A DNA stretch of 63,404 bases, filler included, from Reticulomyxa filosa (lineage: Eukaryota > Protista > Foraminifera): assembly GCA_000512085.1 (NCBI GenBank). It is 27 parts of 27 records of this genome, joined end to end, with 100 filler letters (N's around TTAATTAATTAA, not from the genome) between each part and the next. Parts side by side here need not be neighbours in the genome. Positions count along the whole stretch, not along the records: positions 22,314 to 28,400 come from ASPP01019901.1; positions 28,501 to 32,112 come from ASPP01002532.1; positions 32,213 to 36,437 come from ASPP01020200.1; positions 36,538 to 37,566 come from ASPP01014938.1; 23 more parts are not named here. One strand, written 5' to 3'. Shown one piece after another: positions 24,082 through 37,016 of the stretch (position 1 is the stretch's first letter; each line of letters opens with the position of its first letter). The notes below the pieces were generated by a model. The model saw only the letters and a list, made by a program, of their open reading frames with translations. It was not told the DNA's origin and did not search any database. A program made the translations under genes and the position numbers.

Positions 24082-27000
24082 ATAGCATTAAATGGCCTTG
24101 CGTCAGTCCCACCTAATCCCACCGCAAATGGCCATCCAGGCACTAGTACGGCTGGAGTGGCAACCATTTTACCGAATGGCACGATGGAAGCCAGCAAAGT
24201 GAGTGCAGTGAAAAGTGTGCCTTTGAAAGACACGACCGCGGTACCGACAAATGGCCACACAATATATGCAAACGCTACAAGCAATAACAACAATAACCCT
24301 AATGGCAATCCTAGCACAAGTAATCCGAGTAATGCAAGTAATGCAAATAACACGAATATGTACAATGCTGCGCCGAGACAATCGCAAGTGCTAAAGCCAC
24401 AAGACTTGATGACTCCGCAAGCGGAGACAATGACGACCGCAGTTGGCAAACCGAACATTCACAGCACACATAACCACGGCGGAGGCGCTCCGAGCGTGCA
24501 CGCATACCACAGCGTGGTGATGAGCTCTGCCATTCATAGTGCGCCAGCCACTCCGAGCATGATTGCAGCGACCACGGGCGTTAATGGCGCGTCATCAATG
24601 GCATCGTCAATGGTTACTCATCGCCCGCCCATGTTCGGGACGACAGGCAACGCCCACTTATACCACTCGCAGGGAAATCCGATTGTGATCGCTTCGACAG
24701 GTGCAAACGTGGTCTCGACCACTGCTACCAATGGAGGCACGCGGCACGAGCGCACCAACTCACAGCCCACCACTTCTTCGGCGGCATATGTACACACTGT
24801 CCCATCCACGTCTCACAGCACACACCCCGTCGCAACCGCTGCAACGACTTTGGCGTCGACGCTTCCTGTCCAAAACGCGACCAGTGGCAATGCAACGTAT
24901 ACTCAGTCTGTGCAATCCGAAGCCACGTCGCATGTGACAACGTCGGGCATCAACGCCAACGGCGGTAATGTGAATGTCACTTCGTACGACACGTTGACAC
25001 ATATCGCCGCCACAAACAAAGTGGTGCCAAAGAACATTGCTTCTTACCAGGTCCCTTCCTCCTCGTCCGCCGCAGCTTTCTCAAATGCGGCCCATCCATC
25101 TCATAGCGCTCCTCCGATTGTATTTCACACAGGCAACACGACGGTAAGCGCAAATCCGGTATCAATCCCCCCTTCTTCCTCGTGGGTAGTCGATGGTCAT
25201 CGTGACGCACATCCCGAGACCAACCAACCGCCGAAGATTCAAAGCGGCGTATTTCCAGGAGCATCGATATCACTCGCGCCAGCTGCAAGTACCCTCGCAC
25301 ATCCGTTGCAAACAACGGCCTTACCACACACTTCATTGGACTCAACAATAGCAACAGCAGCAACAGCAGCAACAACAGCAACAACAGCAACAGTGACGGC
25401 AACCACAACAACGACAAATATTCAATCAATGTCGCGAAAGCAGTCTCAATCCCCGCCCCCACCAACACTTCCTTTACAAAAGAATACAAAGCTACCAATT
25501 CCAGGGACTGCGCTGATCGGTGCTCATTCAAACACCACAAACGTGTCAAAGGAAGAAGTAATCCAGACACCGGTTACAGGCGACCAAAAGGGTGCCACGT
25601 ATCCAGTCAAACTGCCAACGAAAGACGTTTCGTGTTTTGCGATCACATGTCTATTCGCTCCCATCTGTACACATCATACGTGCATATGTGTACGTATCGT
25701 AATATAGTGTATACAACAAATACATAACACATATGTGACATGATGTGCAAATGTCAACAACAAAAAGAAATTGGACGGCAATGCATTACCGGAAGCGAAT
25801 CGACAACAGGGGAATACCACAGATTTGGATATGCCATCGATGAGTGAGCACGTGAGCCAAGACGTAGGCCATGATTACGGCAAGAGTATGCACCCTTCTG
25901 AAACCACATCCCGCGAAGCGAGTATCGAACCATCCGACACGGCACATTTAATGACGATTGACCCTCGCAACAAGAATCAGGATATTTGGCGCTCAATCTT
26001 CCAAATGAGCACCGAGCAAGTCATTCGCGAGCTACAGCACCGCAATGCGAATGCGACCGAGAATGAGGGGGACACACTGCTCAAGTCACGACTCGTGAAG
26101 ATGGTCGAAAAGGAGCTCAAATTTCTGCGTACCAACAACAGGGAGGCTCAAAATCACGGCAATGATATTGGAGTGCTTCCAAGTCGAGACGTACCACCGC
26201 CCATTTCTGTTAACAATAACAATCCGCCGTCGCACAGCGTCGTGTCAGATCCGTTGGCGTGGAATGCCAGCGTCAATCCGCCTCCCAACACGGTCTCCGG
26301 CATTGATTCTGGATCGATTCAGCAAGCCGTCGAGTGTGGCCAGCAACTAGAGGCCATACAAGAGATTCCAGGTGCACAAGGGGAAGCAACTGCAAAACTG
26401 ATCGCCGTTGTGGTGAACGTCCAGACCAATGAAACCAACAAAAATCTCAATGCAAATCCAAATGCAAAAGCGGCTACGCCGACGACTGAACCTGCTCACA
26501 TTGCTGTTGAGTGGGCTTCTTTTCTTTCTGCTTTGAATACGCTTACACACATATACGTGAGATGTGTGCATTGGAAACGATTTTTGACAAAAATAGAACA
26601 ACGCCCTCCCGTTGAATGCAATGCATTCGCTAAAGTCGAATCGTTCCCAAAAGACAGCAGTGGAAGAAATTTGTGATGAGGAAGAAAGTCCACACGAATT
26701 GGTCGAGACAGCCAATAACGTGATGCTCGGTCATCGAGAGACAGTAAAAAACTTTTTTACGTCAGATTTATTCGGAGATAAGTTGCAATTGCAATGGAAC
26801 AAAGAAGAATTCAATGCAGACGCCCAAATTAAACAAACGATTATGTTGAAAGAAATGGAAATCGAAAAAGAGCACGAAGATTTCATTCAAAATCAGAGCA
26901 AGTTGCTTCACCTCAAATTAACAAAAATGGACGAACAAATGAAAAATATGAGCGAAAGCGAACAACAACAAATCAAAGAACAAGAAAAACGTCGAATTCG

Positions 27001-28400
27001 AGAAAAATATATGGCTCTACGAGAATCGGTATTTCTGATATATCTACAATAATCTGTACACAAGCAATCAAACACGTGTGATCACATTTGAATAGTTGAT
27101 AGCTAAATTTAACGAATTCGTGAAAGACCAATTGGAGATTGTCGTTTTGCAACGCCAAATTGCCGACACAAAAAAAAGCTAAGAAAAAAAAAAGAGAAAT
27201 GAGTTGTGTTAACAAAAAATTAAAATGGGGCATATGTTTGTAACATGCAACAGCGCAAGATGGCACACAGACCTTTCCAGAGTACTATCGACTGGAATTC
27301 AATACGCAAAGATCAGACCCTTTGTTTGATCGAGTAATGGCGTCGCAAGACTTTGAACAGACAAGAGAGCATGTGGAGAAATTGAAAGAGGAGGTGCGAG
27401 AGAAGATCGACGAACTGAATCGTTACATTTACGAAGAACTGATGGAAGCAAAGAAACAAATGGACGAGGAGGATCTAATTACCCCCGCCCCTTTGGTAAT
27501 TGCAAGTCCAACTCCGGGAGTGATGGAAGAGAATGTTCACTTTCCTATTTTTTCGGGAATTAGTCCGGGCACAGCTTTAGCTGTCATTCAACCTCTACCG
27601 CCCGATTCTCATCATTCTCAGAATTTGTTGTCTGCCTCTCATCATGACTTGAATCCCTCCAGACTTACACAAGGCTTACAACCGTTGATTGCCAACAAGG
27701 CAAACGTGGAAGTGATTACCACTGCAACCAACAATACTGAAGTGCAAGCTGCACAAAACAACTCCACTTTTGTCGAGCAGCATTTGCCCTCGAACATCGA
27801 TTCGTCTGCTACGACAAATGACGTTCTTCCGACTGCCTCCGCTGTCCTCATCCCGGTTTCGACACAACCGCAGTCACAGCAACAACAGCTGCAGCAACAG
27901 CAGCATCTACAGCAACAATACCAACAGCAACAATACCAACAGCAACTTCAACAAACACAGTCAGTACAGTATCAAGAAACACAACAACAACCCTCTCACA
28001 CCAATACTTTTTCAGTTCCAATTTCAGCTTCGGTCATGACAGCGCAGCCAAATACCCAAGTGCCTTTAACAGCTTATTACATTTCGCCTTTTCAGCAACA
28101 GCAAATTCCTCCACAAATGCTAAGCACTTCAATGCCCCAATCAACAACCCTGTCAAATATTAATGGGACAGTGTCAACCTCAACCACTCCACCACATGAT
28201 ACTACAGAACAAGTAATGTTGACACAATCACATATACAAGCACAGCATCAACAGCAATTACTGCAGCAGCAAATGTATATGCAGCAACAAATGTATATGC
28301 AATTACAGCACCAATACCAACTTCAGCAGCAACAACAGCAACAGCAACAGCAACTTCAGCAACAACAACAGCAACAACAACAGCAACAACAGCAACAACA
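22314..28400 (+). CDS. WNK-kinase-like C-terminal region: CCT/OSR1-C-like domain, long S/T/N-rich disordered region, coiled coil and poly-Q (multi-exon, partial)
   Basis: VKMKMQI...AVTFDYFYSEVPEEVAQEMVKQLKLP resembles the WNK CCT-like domain (F.F....D.PE.VAQEMV). It is followed by more than 1000 aa of low complexity and heptad-rich exons at 26640-27450. No kinase domain lies in the contig. Confidence 0.6.
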
Positions 28401-30217
28401 NNNNNNNNNNNNNNNNNNNNNNNNNNNNNNNNNNNNNNNNNNNNTTAATTAATTAANNNNNNNNNNNNNNNNNNNNNNNNNNNNNNNNNNNNNNNNNNNN
28501 TGCCATTTAGGTATGGCGGTTTTTTTTGCAATCTACTGTAGTTGACACAATAGGTCTCTTGGAAATTTGTATATTACCAAGACTATGATTGTTATCAAAA
28601 TCGATTGAAAGCAAAACATTAACAAAGTCATTGAAGCTAAACATTTATTATTGTTGTATCTTCTTCTGATCAATTAAATTAATTTATTGTCTTTTCTCTA
28701 AAACGAAATAGCTAGAATATAGTATTTGATTGTAAACAAGTGAAGACGCAAATACTGCAGCCTTATCTGAACAAAGTCGAAATTTAGAACACTTATTTCT
28801 ACTATCAATAGAACGGACTTTATTCACTACATATGATATGTTAATGTAAGAATATATATAACATTTAATTAACATAAAAGAATGTTTCTACCAACAAAAT
28901 AAACAATATTGTTACAACTTTTGTCACAAAAAATTGTATTCACATTTGTGACTTCTACTGCTTATAAGAGACTACACTAAATTTAATACGAAAATTTTTA
29001 CTCAAAAATAGCTCTTTTTTCGATAAAACAAAGTAAACTAAAGTTTAATAACACAATAAAGAAAGAAAACAAGTAAGCGTGAAGAAAAGTTAGTGTAGAA
29101 GTTTAGCCCACTGTTGGCTCCTAAACTCTTTCAGTTTCAGTAATATATAGTGAATTGCCTCATAAACTAATTTATTTTTTTAAAATATCATTTATGAAAT
29201 TATATTCAAAAGGAATACCAATAAAAAAATACAAGTGAGTTTTTGAAACATTGAAATTTTTCCAAATCACAAAAATTTTGACATGAAAACAAAACTTTCA
29301 AAATCTTCTTTATAATATTAAATTATTCTGCAATTATAATCATGCAATTGTGTGGTGCAAGCAATATTGTAATCTTATGATAAGAAAACTATGATTTCTT
29401 AAATCAAAGTTTTTTCTTAAAGAATACAATAAACAGTACTTAACTCAATTAAAAAATAAAAACTGAAAAAAAGTTTGACGCGTGAAAATTATATAATGTA
29501 ACAAACCAATCAAGTCATGATGCTTTGTACTATTTCAAAGGTAGCGCTGTGTGTTAGGCCATGCGAGTTTCTATGTGCTCACACCACGTACTGTCCGGTA
29601 TGGGGCAGGTCTGTAGGGATGTGCATGTGGCCGAACATACACATTTTTTTCATCAAAATATTATTGAAGATTGTTTACTCTAATGATCATATTTTTGGTA
29701 ACAGTACAGAGGCACTGAAGAAATTTGTTTGATGCCTTGGCTACTTTTGGGATTATTAGATGATCTATTTTTATTTGTGAAAAATACAATTCACACATAA
29801 ATTAAACGCAAATTACTGTTTTATAAACATAGCAGACGAGCATAGGTGAACTTTACGTTCGAAAGCAGTAAAGCTCACCTGTAGTATGATTAAAAATTGA
29901 ACAAGGAATAAAAAGATATTTGCAAAAGTGCAACAGCATCACAAACGTCTACAAAAAAAAAAACAACTGGAAACTTTGCAGTTTCCTCCATCCAATACTA
30001 TTTGTTATTTTTTTTTTTGGGAAGATGTGTCTTCAATTGTTTTTTGTGTTTTCAAGCAAGATTTGAGGAAAATAAAAACCATACAAAGCGATGAAAGAAC
30101 GGAGAAACACATCCAAAAAAAGTAATTTATATCATGGTTAAACAAAAAAAACAACCAAGCAGAGGAAGAAAAAAAAAAGAAATTAATGGGAAAAAAAATC
30201 AAAACAAAACAAAAACT

Positions 30218-32069
30218 TTACACAAGGCCCGATCGTTTCAAGTTGGATCGGATAACAATGTTTTGAACATCCCAAAATACTTTTTGTATGTTGTCAGCAC
30301 TCGTGGCATTAGTAACATGAACGAAAATGGCCTTTCGAGTGTCCCGATTTTGACTAACATACTGTTTGTGAATAAACTTTAAATTTTCAACGTACACATA
30401 TTCAAACCAATTTTTATCATTTCCATCTTTCAAGTCGATCCGAACTGGCTCTGATCCCTTCTCTACCACTTTCATGTAATATCCGGGCCGAAGTTCTAGT
30501 GGGTCCGTGTAGTTTGGACCTGTTTAGATTTTATTTATTTTATTCTTTATAAAAATCCCTTTACTTTTTTTCCCCTCAAGATTTACTTACCAATGAAAAC
30601 TTCGCCTTTGTAGTCCCAATCCTCTTGGTTGAAACAAATTGACAGTGATTTTCCTTCCTTTAAACGTGCTTGAAACAAATCATCTGTTCCAAACGACGTA
30701 TACAAAAAAAAAAAGATACACAACAAAATTTTAAAAAGGATGGGAAGCACAAATAAACAAAAACAATGGAAAAGGTAGGATAAGTGTACCGCCATTCAAA
30801 AATAGGATCATTTCCGTTGTTCGAAAGTGTTTGTTATTGCAGATTTCATCAAATAAATGCAATGATTCATGCATTGCATTCACACGTTCTTTGTTGTTAT
30901 TATTATTATTATTATTATTATTGTAATTGTGATTGTGATTGTGTTATTGTCAATCCCTTTAAGATATTGTTACTGGAGGGAAACATGGATGACTTTTTGT
31001 GTTTGTCGGGTATGCAGAAGAGAGAAGAAAAAAAAAAAAAAAAATGTGAAATATCCCTTCTCTCCTCTTCCTCCCCTCCCTCTCCCTTTCACAGAATTAC
31101 CATCTTCAAATAATACAGCACAATAATGATTTAAAGCAGCCTACATTAGTGTTTTACATGGCAAACAGATACGTATACATTTTATTTGTTTTAAAACAAA
31201 AAAACGAAAAAAAAAAGAAAAAAAAAATGTCCATACCATAAAAATAACAGCGGTAATATTGACAAATTGTGAGATCCATTTTCGACGTTCACTTCGTTGT
31301 CCCCCTACAAAAGGAAATAAATTATTTTCCCCCCCCCGCGCAAAGTGCATGCACAAAGAGATGTGTATACCTACGCATAATAATAATAATAATAAAAATA
31401 ATAAAAATAAAAAAAAGTTTCTAAACAAACCAACGTCAAAAATTTGCAAAGTAATATCTTTCTTCTCTTTGGCTTCGTAAACGGCTTCGACAATGCCAGT
31501 AGTTCGAATACGGACTTTGATCATATCTTCAATGGTGGGGAAATAGTGCTGTTGAAACAAGGTCACAGCCTTGTCAAGGAAATAGTCAATGTTTTCAATA
31601 ATTGCATATTTTTCCACTCCTCGAAGCTCGTATGTCTTTTTCAAAATATCGTTATTCCACAGTCTTTGAATCGCATGGCCTAACCCTTTCATAATGACCC
31701 AGTCCAAGTGAGAAGATTCAACCAATGCACGCCCTGGGCCTTTTGAATAGGTTTGCACTTTAAATCAGTATTATATTGTTAGTACAGCGTTGTTAGTTTT
31801 GTTTAAATTTGTATTTGCTTTATGTCCTACACACACACAAAACGCTCACGAAACGTGTCCATTGATTGACATAATTGGGGTCGTAGTCATTGTCCTCCTC
31901 TTTTACCTCACTTTTGGACTCCTCATTCACAAAAATGCCCGACTGAAACGTTTCTCGATGAAATGCCATACACAGCCGAATGTCTTGTAGCATTTGATAT
32001 TGTTTCTTATCTTCTACTAAATTCACGTCTTCGTCCAAGTTTATCTTAAAACTTCCATAACGATCTGGA

Positions 32070-32071
<2 letters not shown>
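30218..32071 (-). CDS. Heterotrimeric G-protein alpha subunit (multi-exon, 5' partial)
   Basis: AIQRLW, YFLD, RIRTTGI (switch I), FDVG|GQRSERRKW (switch II), [20 protein letters not shown], and C-terminus NLKRSGLV. Confidence 0.95.
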
Positions 32072-32109
<38 letters not shown>

Positions 32110-32212
32110 TTTNNNNNNNNNNNNNNNNNNNNNNNNNNNNNNNNNNNNNNNNNNNNTTAATTAATTAANNNNNNNNNNNNNNNNNNNNNNNNNNNNNNNN
32201 NNNNNNNNNNNN

Positions 32213-32256
<44 letters not shown>

Positions 32257-34350
32257 GTATTACTGTCGAAGTCAAACCCATCCATAAAGTCATGAAACAA
32301 CGGCGACTCAAAAATGGCTGCCGCATTGTTATGTGACGCGCTTTTGTTGGACTTGGTGCGCGTGTCGCTTTGCGTCTTATCTCTCGTCGCGTCGCCGAGG
32401 TCGGTGCTATGCTTGAGGAAATTGAGAAAGGCGTAGACTGCCGGGATGTCGCACCGGTCCAAAGGCTTCCGGACAATGGCTGTGGTTGCTGCTGTGGAGA
32501 TGCTGTCGATGCGGCCTTGAAACACTTCAATCGCTTGTCTAGGCTGTCGCAACCACCACAAGATAATGTGCTCGATCCAAACATTATCAAAGAATTTAGA
32601 TTGCACAAAGGCAAGTATTTTGGCTTGGACAATGTTGGCAAACATGCTCCACTTGTTATGGTACACATATCGAGCAATGAGAAATGCCAAATGCGCATCT
32701 CCAAATGACTCCATGGCAACAGTGATGGCATTTTCATCCTCTCCACAAAGCAGCCAAAATGCACAGCATTGCAGGAATACGCGCTTGGCTTGCAATTGCA
32801 AAGCATTGGCACGAACATTTTGTTGGTGTTTGGCGGCAGTCAAGTCTTTGCAAAACCAATGGTAAAGAGCTTCTTTGCCTTTGGTTGCTCGCAACAGTTC
32901 AACAAACACATGTTTTTTGTTTAACAGTAAATACCACAAGAGACAATCGGACGGGTTTCTGGACTTTTTATACAAATCTTGTGCCAAGCGCAACAGGATC
33001 TGGTCGAGCTTTGCTTTGGATTTGACCCAAAACGCAATGCCCATTTGTTGACCATTTCGTAAGTGAGGAGTCGATCGGAGTGAAATATGAACAAGTCGAC
33101 CAACGCGTCTTGCGATTGCGAGTGCAAGGCAAACGCGATCGACGAGGTGGGTACAAACAATCTGCGTTGCAACAAGTATAAGTGTGTTGCAAACATAAAG
33201 CGAATGCCAGGTAAGTCTATTCCCAATTGTGGTTGTTGATATTGATATTGATATTGATATTGATATTGATATTGATATTGATGTTGATGTTGATGTTGAT
33301 GTAGTTGGTGATGCAACAGTTGTAACGCTTGTAGCAACGCTATCAATGTCAAATTATGCGTGGTGGAAACCATTGGCAATTGAATTTTTGTTATCAAATC
33401 TTGCAATTCTTGTATTTCGTTGTTGTCCAAGGTGAATGTTGAATTTGCTGAGTCATCCAATTGAAAAACGTTTTTATTATTATTATTATTATTATTATTG
33501 TTATCTTTGTTTTTCTTTTTATGCTTATTATTGAAATAAGGGAAAAGCCAATCAATAGGAAGTAAAAAGTTGGCCCTGGTCTTGGCGTAGTTGTGCGGGA
33601 CACCATGTGCCTCTTTAGGGACATTGCGAAGGACGTGAAGGAAGTGCTTAAGAACACGTAGTGTGCGTGCGAGATTGCCGCACTGCAGGTCTTCGAGAAG
33701 CGAGAGAGGATGATACAAAGGCCGGCCAGGCCACCCGGCCACACTGGACGTGGAGAAACGAACGACAAGCCACTGGGCGACATCACTTCGAAACAAGCAA
33801 AGGAGTGTCGGCGACAGCATGACGACGCCACCGACCACGGCACGTTTGAGCCATTGGCGATTGCAATAAAGTTGCACCTCATTATCATCACCATCGCCAT
33901 CACCATTGTTATTGCCATTGCCATTGCCATTGTCATTGTCATTGCCATTGCTATTGCCATTGGCCAATATCAAGTCACGCAACGCAAAGTGGCGAAAATA
34001 GTCATCCAAGGGCCATGCCACGTTCAAGTCTTTGAGCACCGGGAAATACACGCACACGCTGTCCATGTGGTCGCCCGTGCACACGATGCACGTCCCGCCA
34101 GCCGTCGTTAGCCACGTTATGTCCTTCCAAGCATTATTGCTTGTTGTCGGCAGACGCATCTCCAATCGCCATTCGTTTTCACTCGAGTTGCGTTCGTACA
34201 GAGTGGCTCCGTGCGCTTCGTGGAAGAACAGTAGAGTGGCTTCGTCGATGCAATGTAGAGCCACTACTTCTTCACGCTTGTCTTTCTCTTCTTTTTTCCC
34301 CTCCTTCTCCTCCTTCTTTTCTTGACTGCCACTTGTGTCAGCAATAACAA

Positions 34351-34381
<31 letters not shown>

Positions 34382-35116
34382 CGACAGTGACGACGGTAGA
34401 GATGATTGAACATTGACTTGCATTTGAGTATACGTGTGTGCAGAGTCAAAGTGGTACGTCGCCGCAAAGTATCGCAGCTGCGCAGTGGACGTGGACGTGG
34501 AGATCGTGTCGACAAAAAGCAAAGCCATAATGGACATTGAGGAGGAGGAAGAAGAAGAAGAAGAAGAAGACTGTGTTCCGCTCGCAGATACACACTTTCG
34601 ATGAGATGCAAACTTTTCGCACGCGATTGGAGACAGCAATGCATATGGCTCTACTACAGTCGTGGTGGATGACTTTAGCTTTTTCAGCTTGTTGAGTCTC
34701 TTCACAGTGTCGCTGTGAATCACAATGGGCGCGCGTCTACGCTTGGCTTTGGTCAAATGCGACATGACATGGATCGCCGAGGAGGAAGAGGAAGAAGAAG
34801 AAGAAGAAGAAGAAGAGGAGGTGGATAAAGGCTTTGCACGGTCATGACCGCGGTCATGACCACCACTTGCTGTATCCATGGCAAAGGACTTGTGAGAGCG
34901 CAAAGACGTATCGTCGTGGATTGACGTTGACACATTTGAATATTTCTTCTGCTGATGAGAATGAGAATGAGAATGAGAATGGGGATGAAGGTGGTGAGAA
35001 GTGATTGTTGACAGTAATGGATGCACAAGCGCGTCAATGTCGAGTGGAAAGACATTCCATTGTCCGGACTGAACGACAACCAGCGTGTGTGCTTTGTACT
35101 TTGTATTTGCATGAAG

Positions 35117-35185
<69 letters not shown>

Positions 35186-36437
35186 GTTGTTCTGTTCGAA
35201 ACGGGAAGAAGAAAAAAGGAACATTCCTCGGATAGGCTCGTTGTGCACTAGTCCCGAAACACGAGTTTGCCAAAGGCGAGTCCATCGCAGAGCAGTGTGA
35301 TGAAGCGACAGCGGCATATGTAAGCTCAGCACAAAGTCTTTGGACAATGATTTTGACAAGACAACAAGAACGACAACAGATTGATGTCGATGTCGATGTC
35401 GATGTGGCTTATTATTTTCTCTATCGTTAAGATCACCCCATGCAAAGGCGACGACGTTGGACGGGAGTGCATAGACCAAGCGTGGAGGAGGAGAAGGCGG
35501 ATTATCGTGGACGCCGGAGAAGCAATGTCGTAACTGTGACGACAGCATGTGATTAAAGTCGAAGAGCAGTAGACGTCCACTGCGACAGCACGCAAGAAAC
35601 AGATGCAGATGCAGCGACGGATGTCTTTGCAGCGACACGATGGGATCGTCCACGACACTGCCGCCGAGCATTCGATTGCACACTAGCTGTGACGAGCTTA
35701 AGTCGACAGTGCAGTGTGCCAACTGTCCATTTGCAAAGAATACATGCCATTCAATTGTCACTGGAGAAGAAGAAGAAGAAGAAGAAGAAGAAGATGATGA
35801 TGATGATGATGATGATTTGCTATTCGCATCTTCGGAATGGTATACGCACATGCCAGTATTTGAGTCAACAAAGACGGCCCATGCACGTGTGCGAAGCACG
35901 CGAGCGAGACAATGATGGACCAATGCATTGGACTGTGGTCTCGTGGTCCAGTGGTCGATGCACATGGCCTTAGATGTGTGTTGCGACGAGGCCAGATTGC
36001 ACAAGTAGTACACTGTCACGCAGCCAGACTCGTCCAAAGTTTGTAGCCATAGTGAGTCCATTGATTGATAATAAGAGTAATTTCGATAGCGACGATGATA
36101 ATGATTATCATCATCATCATCATCATCATCATCATTGTTATCATTGTTATCATTGTTATCATCCATGGTACAAACAGCATTGCATGTTCGTCGCAAACCT
36201 GCAATATCATGCACCATATTTGACACAATCGCAAAGCCCAAATAAACGTGCTCGTTCAACGTTTGCACGCAACAAAACTCGAAATGACAATGACTCCTTT
36301 CCTCATTTCCTCCGTCTTGGACGTGAGTCGGAAATGACGACAGCCAATCATTCGAGGTGGTCATCTCTTTCCAAATGTGAATGTACCCATGTGCATCCAA
36401 GACAATAAGGACCCCTCCTCCTCCTCCTCCTCCTTTT
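32213..36437 (-). CDS. Rav1/DMXL (rabconnectin-3 alpha) family protein, partial, with a single frameshift near 33045
   Basis: Rav1p_C signatures: PLYHPLSLLEDLQCG, GIRFMFA, IAFALHSQSQDALVD, GIAFWV, DCLLWYLLLNKK, NALQLQAKRVF..CAFWLL, D.HLAFLIAR. Confidence 0.88.
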
Positions 36438-36537
36438 NNNNNNNNNNNNNNNNNNNNNNNNNNNNNNNNNNNNNNNNNNNNTTAATTAATTAANNNNNNN
36501 NNNNNNNNNNNNNNNNNNNNNNNNNNNNNNNNNNNNN

Positions 36538-37010
36538 CGCCCGTGCCGGCGAGGCCGGCCGCGGTTTTTGCCGTGGTGGCCGACGAGGTCCGGCTGCTGG
36601 CCAACCGGGCCGACAATGCCACCCAGGCCATCAATCAGATCCTGTCCGAGATCGAAGGCATTACCGGCCAGGCATTCCGCAGCATGCAGGACATGGCCAC
36701 CGAGGTGGCGCAGGTGAACCAGCGCACCCAGTCGTCCAGTGCCCACCTGTCGCAACTAACCCAGACTGCCGAGCGTGCACGTCAGCAGGCACAGCTGATC
36801 TGCGAACAGATGCAGCAAAAAGCGCGGGCGCTTGAGGACTCCGTGTCGGCCCTTGCTCAGGTAAACGTCATGGCAGAAGGCAATCTTGCCTCCAGCCAGG
36901 CTGTCCGCCTGCGCACGGCTGACGTCGAAACCGCCGCTTCCGATCTGAAAAAAATGACGCGCGATTTCCACAAATGGACCAACCGTCGTCGTCCCCAACT
37001 ACAACCCTGA
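36538..37010 (+). CDS. Methyl-accepting chemotaxis protein, C-terminal signalling domain, bacterial
   Basis: RAGEAGRG/FAVVADEVRLLA hairpin-tip motif (1-nt shift near 36565). High GC. Confidence 0.9.
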
Positions 37011-37016
37011 ACCATC

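Noticed and set aside
23009-25570. Antisense Val/Leu-rich ORFs that look like membrane proteins
   Set aside because: They are shadows of Thr/Ala repeat codons on the coding strand.
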